From the NCBI GenBank assembly GCA_963764725.1, contig CAVXTM010000010.1, positions 1 through 64,000 of the forward strand: a DNA stretch of 64,000 bases, written 5' to 3'. Origin of the DNA: an uncultured Gammaproteobacteria bacterium (lineage in GTDB: Bacteria; Pseudomonadota; Gammaproteobacteria; JACCXJ01). The notes under the pieces are model-generated. The model was not told where the DNA came from and searched no databases. It saw only the letters and a list, made by a program, of their open reading frames with translations. The translations under genes and the position numbers were made by a program. Below, one piece after another: positions 11,770-22,466 of the stretch (positions within the stretch are counted from its first letter, which is position 1; the number at the start of each line of letters is the position of its first letter).

Positions 11770-14700
11770 CTATGGAAACGCCAGCATGACCCTCGCGAAG
11801 ACCGTGCGGGTCGGCTGGATCGTCGGGTTGTCGAAATCGACCTCGAAGAAGTTGAACTCCTCGTTGAACAGATTCGTTGCTCCCACCGAAATGATACCAA
11901 ACCGCTTCGGCAGACGGTACGAGATCGCCGCATCGACCGTCCAGAACTCATCGCTACCGCTCCGAAGAACGGTGTTGTCAAAGAACTCCGTAGACGTGAC
12001 ATCCTGATCCCAGTATGTGGCCGTCACGGAGGCACTCAGCCCGGAAGGGTGGAAGAACCCGATCCCTAGGGGCACACTTTGCGTATCCAGCTCCCTGGGT
12101 GTCAGGACATCTCGTTCGAAACGCTCGAAGATGTACTGTGCCCTGAGTGCCAGCCATCGATGCGGCGTCCAGAACAGGTACGCACGGCCCAGATACTCGT
12201 TCAAGTCCACGTCCCGGTTTACCGGGTTGGATGGATCCGCCAAGTCCTGGATGGGAGCCGTCAGATCCCGCTTGGAGAATTCCACGCCTCCGAACAGGTT
12301 GCTCGTGAACTTCTGATCGATCGCCCCCCCGTAACGCCAGGCCGCCGTCAGGTCGAAGTCATCGAAGAACTGGTTGAACCCGGCCACTTGGGTGGGCTCC
12401 AGCGTCTGGTCGGTGATCAGTGTTCTCTTGAGGACCCTGAACGCCGCCCCGCGAAGGGTAGTTCCCGCGAACGGAGTCCAGGTGATCCCGAACTTCGGGT
12501 TGATCGGGTCCTTATCGATATCCTCGTCGCCGCTCAGGGAGTCGAAGCTGAGCCCCAGCGTGGCAGTCACGTTTTTCGGGAGGTTGACGTCCGCGTACGC
12601 GTACACGTTGACGTGTTGGAGATCCGTGTCGGTCACCGACTGGAACTCAATCGGGTCGGGTCCGGGAAACCCGAACGTAATGTCCAACTTGCTGTCGACA
12701 CCGAAGTATCCAGCGCCGGTCTGCAGATTTAGGTACCGCGAGCGAAACAGGTGCTGGAGCTCGACGCCAAAAGCAGTTTCCGGAATCTTGAAGTCGGTGA
12801 ATTCCCCAGGCTCAGGAAAGTCATCGGTCCTAAGACGATCATCTTCATCTGTATAAATAAATGAGCCTAGGAGAATAGAATCCGGCGAAAAGGCGTGCCG
12901 TCCACCGAGGCGGATGGAGGTACTCTCTGATTTGTCTGTCAGGCCAGGGAAGATGTCTTCCGGGAAGAATCGCTGTTGAACGTCACCGTGTTCTACATCC
13001 CTATATCGATATTCAGCTTGAATGCTGGTATTGGGAGAGATTTCCCGCTGTACAAAGACATTGGCGATTTCATCCCGCTGGCCGGCGTTTTCTCGAAACC
13101 CGTCGGTGGTAAAGTGGAATCCACCGACGCTGAAGGATGTCTTCTGGTAGATGCCCGAAACAACGGCTTCTCCACCATACGTGCTATGCTCCCCGATGAG
13201 TCCGCTCGTCTGTAATGTGAAACCGTTTCGGTTGAAAATGGGGTTAAACTCATTAAAGGACAGCGTCGCTGGACCTAGGCCACTGATGAGGAATAGGTTG
13301 CTCTCGGCCAGGTGAGGCTGAATGGGCGTCATGTTGAGAGGCTGAAGCAACTGAGACTGGAGGAGCTCGCTGACCCTGGCGATCTCATGGCGCGGCAAAA
13401 CCTGATACGAATCGGCTAGAAACCGGTGGGCAGAAAAGTTGGTCGGATCGATGTTGACCGACTTCCAGCCTTCCACCAAGGCCAATTGCTGGAACCCCAG
13501 ATCGGTGTAGATCCGGGCCAGGCTCGCGCTGCGGGCCGCCAGGTCCGAATCGAGCAACAGACGTGATCGGTAGACTAGCCGGTTGTCGTTCAATTCAATG
13601 GCTTTTTGCATGTCCTGCAAGGCCTCCACCGGCCGGTTCGTCGTCTGTTTCGCGATTGCATCGTAGAACCAAGGGGTGGGATCCTTGAGGTCCAGTTCCT
13701 TAGCAATAGTATACTGGTGCTCATCCAAAGGCATACGTTTCTCTTCATAGTAGGCCTTGCCCAAATAGCTCCGGACAATGGAGTTATTCGGATCCAAGCT
13801 CGCGGCAACCTCGATCTCGCGGCGTCCCGCATGCAGATCGCCCTCCCGGATCTTGGCCAGCCCTAGACCGAGCCTTGGGAGGGGGTCCGCTTGGTCAAGT
13901 GCAATCGCTTTGTCAAAGGCCTCCTTAGCATGGGTCGTCTTGACCTCGGTCAGGTAGACGAAACCCAGGACCGTCTGTGTCCGTGAGAGATCCGGCTCCA
14001 GGATCACTGCCTTCTCTGCCGCTTCGAGGCCTTGCCCCAGACGGCCGAATGACGACCAGAGCTCTGCCAACCGTGCCCATGCCAGGGCATTTTTCGGCTC
14101 CAGTTGCACCGCTTTTTCTAGACTCGCGCGTGCCCCTTCGAGGTCAAACCTGGCCTGCCGGGCATAGGACAGGGCGATCAATGCGGTGGCGGAGCCGGGA
14201 GCCGCCTCGACGGCGCGTTGTGCGACGTTGAGCGCTTTGTCTTTCTCATTCTGCACCACAGCGATGATCGATTGCAGCGCCAAGGCATTGCTGTCGTTTG
14301 GGGCCAACCATAGCGCCCGCCTGATATCTGCATCGGCCTCATCCACGCGGCCCAAGGCCAGCAGCAGCGAGGCGCGATAAGCAAAAAAGCGCGGGTCGCG
14401 GACGGTCTCCGGAACGATCGCGATACGCTCGAATGCCTTCCGCCGATCCCCTCGCAGGTAGAGCTCAAGGGATCGTCGAACCATCCCTTGCCAGCCCGGG
14501 CCGGGCGGAAACTCATCAGGGCGAAAATAGAGGACGGGCGGATAGTATAGCGCCCACTGGACGGCATCCCACGGGCGGACAACAGTGCGGTACACAGGTG
14601 CCTTTCCGGCTTCCGCGGTGGCGGCGTGACCTGAGGCAATCGCGAGGCGCCCTCTATCGTTTGAAACCAGTACGCTGACCTTCGAAAACAATGAGCAGCG

Positions 14701-15151
14701 AACGATCACCTTCCACTTGGACATAAAACTCCGTGCCGTCGATATCCCCTTTGAGGTGGGGTGTCGTAACCTTTAGCAGCCAGGGTTGGCGGCTGAAAGA
14801 TTGGAGGGCGCCGCTCACAAGGTCAATCCAAGACCGCTCGTCGGTCTTCCCCGTAATATTGACAAGGCGTATGGCTGTATTTTGGTCGATGCGCAACACG
14901 GCGTCATTGATCAACTGGACGGCCGCACGACTGCGCTCTCCCACACGGATGGTGTCGCCCTCGCACAGGCGCTGATCCAGTTGCGCAGCGCGCCAGCCTC
15001 CTCCACCATCACTCTGGACATCGGCCTCGCCCTCGATGCTCGCGAATCTTCCCACCGGTTCCGGACAGGTTTCCTGTGCGTAGGCACCGAAGGTGAGTAA
15101 GCAAGAGGCAAAGGCCAGTAAGGCGGGACAACCAAGGCACCGCAAACCCAT
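11770..15151 (-). CDS. FecR-TPR-outer-membrane beta-barrel (TonB-dependent-receptor-like) protein, one frameshift near 14674
   Basis: 14654-15151 has a signal peptide plus FecR (GDTIRVGERSRAAV, GTEFYV, VFEG). 11770-14724 has multiple TPRs then a beta-barrel ending MLAFP. One extra base in GGT CAG C GTA CTG joins the two. Confidence 0.8.
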
Positions 15152-15299
15152 GATGGTTTGCTTACGAACGGGATCGATCCCCAGAAACCATGCCTACCCC
15201 TCTCCCCACACGTGTCTCCGGCGCTGTGTCCAGAAGCGCTATCCAGGTGTCGGCACCGCATCCGGGGAAAGCATGTTCTTCCTGGCCATCCGGTCGTGG

Positions 15300-15405
15300 T
15301 CCCGAGTCGGATCAGGTCCGCAAGGCTGCGGGCGCCGAGCTTCTTCTTAAACGCCAATTGTGTAGTTTGCAACCGGATCGCATAGTTTGCAACGGATTTT
15401 ACCAT
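15300..15405 (-). pseudogene. LuxR/NarL HTH C-terminal remnant
   Basis: KSVANY...KKKLGARSLADLIRLG, with an internal duplication of TAGTTTGCAAC. Confidence 0.5.
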
Positions 15406-15658
15406 CCGAACCAAAAACCGCGTGGCTACGGATTGCGAAGGGCAATTTTCCAAGCTGCTACTTCCGACAGGTACTCTACGCCTTCCGGATTCCCGGCCGA
15501 AGCAGACCGACACTGAGGCCTCTGCCACCGGTCGGGCCCCGTCCTGTTGGGCATCGTGCGTTACCTGTCATCTTACGCAATCGTGGCATGTACTCAGCGT
15601 TACCTTCCAGATAGCGTGCGCCGCGGTGGTCTCGTGGCGGCTAAGCAGGTATTTTGTT

Positions 15659-15958
15659 CTAGCGCAGATGGAGATCGTTCTTCACCGACACCACGCCGGG
15701 TACGGATCTGGCAATCGCCCCGGCGCGGTTGCGTTCCGCCTCAGTGTGTACGAATCCGCTCAACTGAACGGTGCCCTTATACGTTTCGACACTGATGGAA
15801 AGCCCGCTCGTGCCGGGATCCGCAAACAGGCTCGATTTGACCTTGGTCGTGATTGCCGAATCGTCTACATATTGGCCCGTGCTCTCCTCCGTGGGCGATC
15901 CAGCACAGGCATTCAGTAACAGACCCAACAAGGCGGCAAGCATCGTTTTACGTATCAT
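15659..15958 (-). CDS. BON-domain (OsmY-like) lipoprotein
   Basis: Lipobox LNAC; DDSAITTKVK, GTVQLSGFV, GVVSVKNDL. Confidence 0.92.
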   Translation of the reverse strand: MIRKTMLAALLGLLLNACAGSPTEESTGQYVDDSAITTKVKSSLFADPGTSGLSISVETYKGTVQLSGFVHTEAERNRAGAIARSVPGVVSVKNDLHLR

Positions 15959-16079
15959 GGTAGACCTCCCTTGATTGATGCTGGTTATCTTAGCGCCTAA
16001 ATTGTTTCGAGCATATACTCCGCCGCGGTTGTCATCACCCCGCAGTTACAGGCCTGATTCTGTGATATAGAATGTGTCA

Positions 16080-16150
16080 ATGCGGTTGAATCTCATATCA
16101 TTATTTACTGATTTTTCGGGCAGAATCGATCGTCGCGCTTATGGCGCTGG
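16080..16150 (+). pseudogene. DUF805-like N-terminal remnant
   Basis: NLISLFTDFSGRIDRRAY resembles the F-x-GR-x-x-R start of DUF805; downstream sequence is unrelated. Confidence 0.4.
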
Positions 16151-16273
16151 GTTTCCCGGCGTCTGCGGAGCTTTAAGCGACGCGAGCCGCCGTCGGAGAG
16201 CCCCGCGTTGCCTCCGAGCGGCGTCGCATACGGGGTGGCTGGATAGGTTCCTCGTGGTGCTAAGGAGGATGTC

Positions 16274-17623
16274 GTGATCCCGTTGCTGGTGCTGCTCGCG
16301 TTGCTGTCTGGGTGCGCGCTGCTCGATCGGGCGGCCGATGTCACGAGTCGCGCATTCGCGGGGATAACCGGCCGTGACACCACCCCGGTCGGAGACCCCC
16401 TCTACCTCCAGCTCCAACTCACTATGCTCTCGGACGCGGTCGTTACGCAAATTCTGCAAAAGACGGCGACGCCCTTGGACGCCGTCGATGACCCGAAACG
16501 GCGGGCGGCCCTGCTGGAGATACGCCTGGACTACGCCGCCACAATGTGGAACGCGGCGTCGGGCCCGAACCCCTACGCCAACGCCATCCACATGCTGCTG
16601 ACCCTAACCGCCGGCCGGCGGCAGCTCGAGCGATCGCCGCTCGCGCACGCGCTCGGCGAGTCACTGCGACCAACGCTCGCCGTACTGAGGTCCGCGCAGG
16701 GCGACGTGGAGAGGCTGGTTCGGAGCTTTCTCACTCCCGCCGAGTTCAGCGCCCTCGATCAAGCCATGCAGAAGGCGCAGGAGCACGTCGCGGGCACGGG
16801 GCCGCGGATGGCCATCGTTGACCTGCAACAGATCCTTGCGTCGTCGAGAGTCACGCAGAGCGGCGGTGGAGGAGCTTTCACGAACCTTGTCGGCATCCTC
16901 GGCCTGAATCCCTTTGCCGGGCTCGACCCCGCGACGCGCGAGATTGCCGAGAGCCGGCAGTTCGGCGAGCGGCTCTTGTTCAACGTGCAGCGCATGCCGG
17001 TCCTGATACGCCTGAACGCCGAACTGCTGGCCACCCAGGTCGCGGCAGACTTCGATCTCGACCGCGCGCAGGCGAGCCTGGATCGGGCGACGACTGCGAT
17101 GCAGCAGGTGGCGCAGACTGCGTCGGAGCTCCCCGACCGCCTGAGCGCCGAGCGGGCGCAGATCGTCGCGGACGTGCGAAGGGAGGCGGAGCGACTGGGG
17201 ACGCTGGCACACGACTACCGGGGGTTGTTCGATGCAGCCACCATGACAGCGGGGACGACCGACCAGGCGCTGCAGACGTTCGCGGGCGTGATGCAGCGCT
17301 TCGAGTCGGAAGAGAGCGAGCCGTCGGTGCCGTCACGTCCCTTCGACGTCACCGAGTACGCCGAGACCGCACATCGGATCAGCGAGGCCGCGGTCAACCT
17401 GTCGGAGCTGCTGTCCAACTTCCACAATACTCTGGACGCGCCAGGGTTGACCCGCCTCACGCCTCAGGTGGAGGCCCTGCTCTTGGGGGCGGAAGAACGG
17501 GTCCGGCGCTGGCTCTACACGGCGTTCGCACTCGGCTGCGGCCTAATCGTCTGTGCCGGCCTCACCGTATGGGTGTTGCGCTCGCTGCGGGGACAGCCCG
17601 CCGCGAGGACGGACTCCGTATAG
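16274..17623 (+). CDS. Hypothetical helical lipoprotein with C-terminal TM anchor
   Basis: SD AGGAGG; lipobox LSGC; 449-aa ORF with coding-like codon usage. Confidence 0.75.
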   Translation: MIPLLVLLALLSGCALLDRAADVTSRAFAGITGRDTTPVGDPLYLQLQLTMLSDAVVTQILQKTATPLDAVDDPKRRAALLEIRLDYAATMWNAASGPNPYANAIHMLLTLTAGRRQLERSPLAHALGESLRPTLAVLRSAQGDVERLVRSFLTPAEFSALDQAMQKAQEHVAGTGPRMAIVDLQQILASSRVTQSGGGGAFTNLVGILGLNPFAGLDPATREIAESRQFGERLLFNVQRMPVLIRLNAELLATQVAADFDLDRAQASLDRATTAMQQVAQTASELPDRLSAERAQIVADVRREAERLGTLAHDYRGLFDAATMTAGTTDQALQTFAGVMQRFESEESEPSVPSRPFDVTEYAETAHRISEAAVNLSELLSNFHNTLDAPGLTRLTPQVEALLLGAEERVRRWLYTAFALGCGLIVCAGLTVWVLRSLRGQPAARTDSV

Positions 17624-17670
17624 ATTTCCCGGGAATGCCCTATCCTGCAACACCAATAGAGGAGAATATC

Positions 17671-18804
17671 ATGGAGTTCATCTGGTTCATCGTAATCGGT
17701 TTGGCCGGCGTGCTCATGAAGGGTGTCGTTGGCGACATCATCGTCGTGGAAGACAACCCTACGCGGCGACTTTCGATGATGCTCGGCGCGTTATTCCTGG
17801 TCAACGCCGCGCACGCCGCGGTGCCGTTCTGGGGCGATAAGGCTTCGATGCCGGCCGACACCCCGCCCACCGCGCTCAAGCAAGGCCAGTTCGTGTGGGA
17901 TCCCGCCGCCGCGCCCAGTGGCCCGATCGTGGTCGTGGTCAGCCTCACCGAACAGATCGCCTACGTATACCGGAACGGCCTCCGGATCGGCTACACGACG
18001 GTCAGCACTGGGAAGCCTGGCCACGAAACGCCGACCGGGGTGTTCACGACCTTGCAAAAGGACAAGGACCATCGCTCCTCGATCTACCACAACGCGCCGA
18101 TGCCCTACACACAGCGACTGACCTGGGGCGGCGTATCCCTTCATGCGGGCGGGCTGCCGGGCTATCCATCCTCGCATGGCTGTGTGCACCTGCCGTCCGA
18201 TTTCGCCCAGCTCCTGTTCGACGCGAGCCCAATGGGCATGACCGTCGTCGTCGCCAATGCCGCGAGCGCACCGGCCGACGTGGTGCACCCGGCGGCGCTG
18301 TCGCCGGTCGACGCAAAGACGGGCACGGACAGCGAGATGCCGCGCTTGTCGGCGACCGAGGCCTTTCGCTGGGAGCCGGAGAAATCGCCCGAAGGACCGG
18401 TCTCGGTGCTCATGAGCGCTGCAGACCAGCGGGTGCTGGTGTTGCGCAACGGGATAGAGATCGGGCGTGCGAAAATCCGTATCGCCGAGCCTGAGCAGCC
18501 GCTCGGCACCCATGTGTTTGTGGTGATGGAGGGCCAGGGCGAGGGCCCGAACAGCGCGGTACCCGGCGCGCCGACGCCGCGCTGGATCGCGGTCGGCATT
18601 CCGGGCTACGCCAGCGACGACAAGCACTCGCTGGATCCGGCGGCGGTCGCACGCGTCTCGATTCCGCCCGAGTTCGTCAAGGCGATCTATCCGCTGCTCA
18701 TCCCCGGCACCACGATGATGGTGACCGACGCAGCCGTGCTCGAGTCGACCACCGGCACGATGCTCGCGGTTGTCACCAACCAACCACCGCCGGCGAAGCC
18801 CTAG
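17671..18804 (+). CDS. L,D-transpeptidase (YkuD) family protein
   Basis: VSTGKPGHETPTGVF and LHAG...SHGCVHL catalytic motif; N-terminus looks like a fused GlsB/YeaQ remnant. Confidence 0.88.
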   Translation: MEFIWFIVIGLAGVLMKGVVGDIIVVEDNPTRRLSMMLGALFLVNAAHAAVPFWGDKASMPADTPPTALKQGQFVWDPAAAPSGPIVVVVSLTEQIAYVYRNGLRIGYTTVSTGKPGHETPTGVFTTLQKDKDHRSSIYHNAPMPYTQRLTWGGVSLHAGGLPGYPSSHGCVHLPSDFAQLLFDASPMGMTVVVANAASAPADVVHPAALSPVDAKTGTDSEMPRLSATEAFRWEPEKSPEGPVSVLMSAADQRVLVLRNGIEIGRAKIRIAEPEQPLGTHVFVVMEGQGEGPNSAVPGAPTPRWIAVGIPGYASDDKHSLDPAAVARVSIPPEFVKAIYPLLIPGTTMMVTDAAVLESTTGTMLAVVTNQPPPAKP

Positions 18805-18878
18805 TCGTTGCGACAGTCGCGGTGCAGCTCGCAGGCCTTGCCAACCAGTTCATGATCTGCGCGCCGGCCGCCTGCATC
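18804..18878 (-). repeat. 75-bp diverged copy of an internal ycaC segment (20429-20504)
   Basis: Direct alignment shows 4 substitutions and 1 indel. Confidence 0.9.
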
Positions 18879-18879
18879 T

Positions 18880-20328
18880 CTAGAACCAGAGCCGTACCTC
18901 CGCGCCAATGAAGTGGATGGTATCGTCTCGGCCGGTCTCTTCGATGAACCGGCCGGCTTCGAAGCGCGAATAGGAAATCTTAAAATTCACTTCGCGTAGC
19001 GGCGAGTAGCTGAGCACGAGCTCGGTCTGTCTGCCAATGAAGCGGGCATCGCTGCCGCCGTCGGCGCGTATCAGCCCGCCGCCATTATCGTAGAGGCCGT
19101 CCCCGCTACTCTCCCGCCAGTAAAGCGCGGCCGCGGCCCTGACCTCCCACTCCTCGCTTATCGTGAAGGTCAGAATGGGGTGCACATCGATCAGATTATA
19201 CGGACCCAACAGTCCCATCTCGTCGAAGTACTTACCCTTGGGGAAGAGTGGATTGAAGGTCTGTAGATCCGGATCGGCGGGGTCCTCATCCCCGCTGATG
19301 ATACCGGCCCTGAGCCCAAGCCGCGGGGAGAGGGGCAGCGCCGCGAAGGTGTAGCCGGAATCGGAGGCGAGCGACCAGGCCGAGATCGCGCCGGCATCGA
19401 AGTCACCGAACTGATAGAAGGCCTCGAAGTTCCAGTCCCAACCGCGGGCGGCTCCGAAAAACCGCGTGCCGAGCGTCTGGCGCCGCTCATGGCCCGCGCC
19501 CTGGTTGAATACGGCCCGGTTGTTGTTGTATCCAATGTAGTAGAGGTCGAGGCCCGACTCCTGGCCAAGCAGCAGGGCCCGGGTCGTGTAGAGGGACCAC
19601 AGCGCCTGGTCGTCCCCGGTTTCGTCATCGAAGCTCTCGATCCCCGTATCAACGGGACGCACATAGAAGGCATCGACGCGCCAGGGGCCTGCATCGAGGC
19701 GAGCTATGCCACCGTCGAACGGCCGCGGTACGTTGAGTCCATAGCGAGTGCTTATCAAGCGCTCCGATCCGTAGGCGAGGAGTTGCCGGCCACCCCGCAA
19801 GCTCAGCACGCGCTCGCCGAGTGGTTGTTGCAACTCAGCGAATCCCTGCAGCAGATCCGTCTCGGTCTCATCGACCGGCGTGTCGGCCGGTGCCACACCC
19901 TCGGCGAATGCGGCGATGAGTTGACCGAAGAGCCGCACGCGGGGGCCGAGGTGCAGATCCGCATAAGGCATCGCCCGGTACCAGAGGTACCCGTCATCGG
20001 GCACCGGTGCCTCTCCCCAGAGGTTGTTCTCGAAGTGCTCGTAGCGCAGGCGCAGCTCGCCGCCGAGCACAAGGTAGACTTCACCCGAGCCGCTCAAGGA
20101 TGCCCTCTTGAGCGGCTCCCACCAGGCACCTGTCCGCTGCTCGGGCTGGCGCAGGTAGCGGTAATCCGCGTCGTACCATTGCGAGCTGAAATCCGGTGCG
20201 GCAGCGCCTGCCGCCGAGGGGTCTTGTGCCGGGCTCAGGACCAGCACCAAGAGGAGTGAGAGTGCCGGCGCGCCGGGTGTCCCGTGCCCTAGCCTGGCAT
20301 TTGCTCCGCAAGAAGGCGAAGCAATCAC
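18880..20328 (-). CDS. Alginate export (AlgE-like) outer-membrane beta-barrel
   Basis: GGELRLRYE, RGGRQLL, TFNPLFP; terminal Phe; typical neighbour of ycaC. Confidence 0.85.
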   Translation of the reverse strand: MIASPSCGANARLGHGTPGAPALSLLLVLVLSPAQDPSAAGAAAPDFSSQWYDADYRYLRQPEQRTGAWWEPLKRASLSGSGEVYLVLGGELRLRYEHFENNLWGEAPVPDDGYLWYRAMPYADLHLGPRVRLFGQLIAAFAEGVAPADTPVDETETDLLQGFAELQQPLGERVLSLRGGRQLLAYGSERLISTRYGLNVPRPFDGGIARLDAGPWRVDAFYVRPVDTGIESFDDETGDDQALWSLYTTRALLLGQESGLDLYYIGYNNNRAVFNQGAGHERRQTLGTRFFGAARGWDWNFEAFYQFGDFDAGAISAWSLASDSGYTFAALPLSPRLGLRAGIISGDEDPADPDLQTFNPLFPKGKYFDEMGLLGPYNLIDVHPILTFTISEEWEVRAAAALYWRESSGDGLYDNGGGLIRADGGSDARFIGRQTELVLSYSPLREVNFKISYSRFEAGRFIEETGRDDTIHFIGAEVRLWF

Positions 20329-20347
20329 AGCCCGGCAACCACACGCT

Positions 20348-20968
20348 CTACTTTTTGGCGAAATAGCTCGTCATCAGATTCCGATAGTTGGGAATGTGAT
20401 TGGAGAACAGCGTGCCCAGACCTTCGATGTCGTTGCGCCAGTCGCGGTGCAGCTCGCAGGCCATGCCAAACCAGCTCATGATCTGCGCGCCGGCAGCCTG
20501 CATCCGCAACCAGGCACTGTGACGGGTAACCTCATTGAAAGTGCCCGAGGCGTCGGTGATCACGAAAACGTCGTATCCCTTCTCAATGGCGGAAAGCGCA
20601 GGAAAGGCCACGCAGACCTCAGTGACCACGCCGGCAATGATGAGCTGTTTGCGGCCAGTCTTCTTGATCGCTTTGACGAAGTCCTCGTTATCCCAGGCGT
20701 TAATGTTCCCAGGACGTGCAATGTAGGGTGCGTTCGGGAACATCTCCTTCAATTCCGGCACCAGTGGCCCGTTCGGGCCGTTCTCGAAACTCGTGGTCAG
20801 AATCGTCGGTAGTTTGAAATACTTGCCGCAGGCGGCTACGGCCAGCACGTTGTTCTTGAATTCACTGGGCGAGAAGTCTTGCACCAGCGAGATCAACCCT
20901 GCCTGGTGATCCACCAGCAGCAGGGCCGCGTCGTCCTTTTTCAGGCGCTTGTATTTGAATGTACTCAT
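20348..20968 (-). CDS. ycaC: YcaC isochorismatase-family cysteine hydrolase
   Basis: LLVDHQAGL, TTSFENGPNGP, GVVTEVCVAFP, ELHRDWR. Confidence 0.93.
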   Translation of the reverse strand: MSTFKYKRLKKDDAALLLVDHQAGLISLVQDFSPSEFKNNVLAVAACGKYFKLPTILTTSFENGPNGPLVPELKEMFPNAPYIARPGNINAWDNEDFVKAIKKTGRKQLIIAGVVTEVCVAFPALSAIEKGYDVFVITDASGTFNEVTRHSAWLRMQAAGAQIMSWFGMACELHRDWRNDIEGLGTLFSNHIPNYRNLMTSYFAKK

Positions 20969-20981
20969 GACTTCCTCCTCA

Positions 20982-21183
20982 GAGTTTGTGAATAAATCTA
21001 CTGTGCATCCCGATCGTGCGTCGCGTGCTCGCTCCTCGCCTATCGAGTTGATATGTCTCGTCGCTCACTCCGCGGTTGCTCGTCTCATCCTTGAGACTCG
21101 CCCCTTCGGGCTTATGCGCCGTTTCGCTCCCGGCGAAACGGTCCTTGCGCTCGGAATGCTCGCGACGATTTATTCACAACCTC
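20982..21183. mobile_element. About 200-bp MITE-like element
   Basis: Terminal inverted repeats GAGTTTGTGAATAAAT and ATTTATTCACAACCTC (15/16); internal hairpin CCGTTTCGCTCCCGGCGAAACGG. Confidence 0.65.
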
Positions 21184-21289
21184 GCAGTCGATTGTGGGTG
21201 AACAGCACAACGAGTGTGGATTCGCGGGCCCCGGTTTGGCTAGACAAGGAACTCCGAAAGAGACGTTTGAAAAATCCGAACACCTGCGC

Positions 21290-22222
21290 TTAGCGGGTGG
21301 ACAAGTCACGCTCCCAGGGCGGTACGCCGGCCAGCGCATTGCGAAGATGTTCTACTACGACGCTGAGCCGCCGCAGCTTGTGCCGCCGCTGCGGATACAC
21401 AGCGTAAATGGCGTCGGGTACTGGCGTCTCCCGCGGCAGTACATGGATTAGACGGCCGGCGCGCAAATCCTCGGTGACGATAAACAGCGGCAGCACCGCC
21501 AGCCCCAGACCGGCCACGGCCGCATCGCGCATGGCCTCGCCATTGTTGGTGAGGATCCGGCCTTTGGACGTGGCGATGTGCAACTGTGCCGTCCGCCGGG
21601 CGGGCGCGAACTGCCAGAGATGATTCGCCGCAGGATGGGCGTAACCGATCCCCGCATGCTGGGGAAGCTCCGCCAACGTCTTCGGCAGGCCGCGTTTTTT
21701 TGCGTAGTTCGGGCTGCAACACACCACCCGGCGGCTGTCCGCCAGCTTGCGCGCCACCAGCAGCGAGTCTTCCTTGATGCGGGTGATGCGGATGGCCAGG
21801 TCATAGCCCTCCGCCGCCACGTCCACCATGCGGTCGCTCAGGTCCAGCGCCAGTTCCAGGCGCGGATGCGCGCGCATGAACTCGCAGAGGATAGGGCTGA
21901 GATAATGCGTGCCAAAAGTCATCGGCACGCTGATGCGCAGCAAGCCGCTGAGCGCCGCCTCATCGTCGGTCACGGCCTCCGCCGCCTGCTCCAGTTGCGC
22001 GATGGCGGCGCAGGCCTGCTCATGAAACACCCGGCCCCTATCGGTAGGCGTCACGCCGCGACTGGAGCGGTGCAGTAGTTCCACCCCCAGCGCGGCCTCC
22101 AGGTGCGTCACGCGCTGGCTGACCACCGACTTGGTGATCGCCAGCCGCGTGGACGCGCCGCTGATGCTGCCGCTCTCCACCACGGCGAGGAAGGTCTTGA
22201 TCTCGTCTAGGCCGTATTTCAT
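21290..22222 (-). CDS. LysR-family transcriptional regulator (CrgA-like)
   Basis: N-terminal HTH FLAVVESGSISGA...LEAALGVELLHRSSR plus LysR substrate domain. Confidence 0.93.
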   Translation of the reverse strand: MKYGLDEIKTFLAVVESGSISGASTRLAITKSVVSQRVTHLEAALGVELLHRSSRGVTPTDRGRVFHEQACAAIAQLEQAAEAVTDDEAALSGLLRISVPMTFGTHYLSPILCEFMRAHPRLELALDLSDRMVDVAAEGYDLAIRITRIKEDSLLVARKLADSRRVVCCSPNYAKKRGLPKTLAELPQHAGIGYAHPAANHLWQFAPARRTAQLHIATSKGRILTNNGEAMRDAAVAGLGLAVLPLFIVTEDLRAGRLIHVLPRETPVPDAIYAVYPQRRHKLRRLSVVVEHLRNALAGVPPWERDLSTR

Positions 22223-22359
22223 GTTTGTAACTCAATATACTTCGCGAGGCGGGGTATGAATCCCGCCCTTGACCAAAGGGGAGAGCTGCGCTTCTCCCCT
22301 TTGGAAACCCCATCGCTAAGGAACCCGCGGCAAGACCGCGGGGTATGCTTTTAACGAGC

Positions 22360-22376
22360 GTTCGCCAGAGCCGAAC
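22360..22376. promoter_or_regulatory. Putative LysR T-N11-A operator
   Basis: GTTCG-N7-CGAAC palindrome in the divergent lysR/reductase intergenic region. Confidence 0.6.
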
Positions 22377-22466
22377 AAGGGGTTCGTCGCGCGCACGCTG
22401 GCAGACTGGCTGATATCGCCTAAAGTTACCGCATTTCAGCGCCGCATCCAACCACGAGGAAAAATC

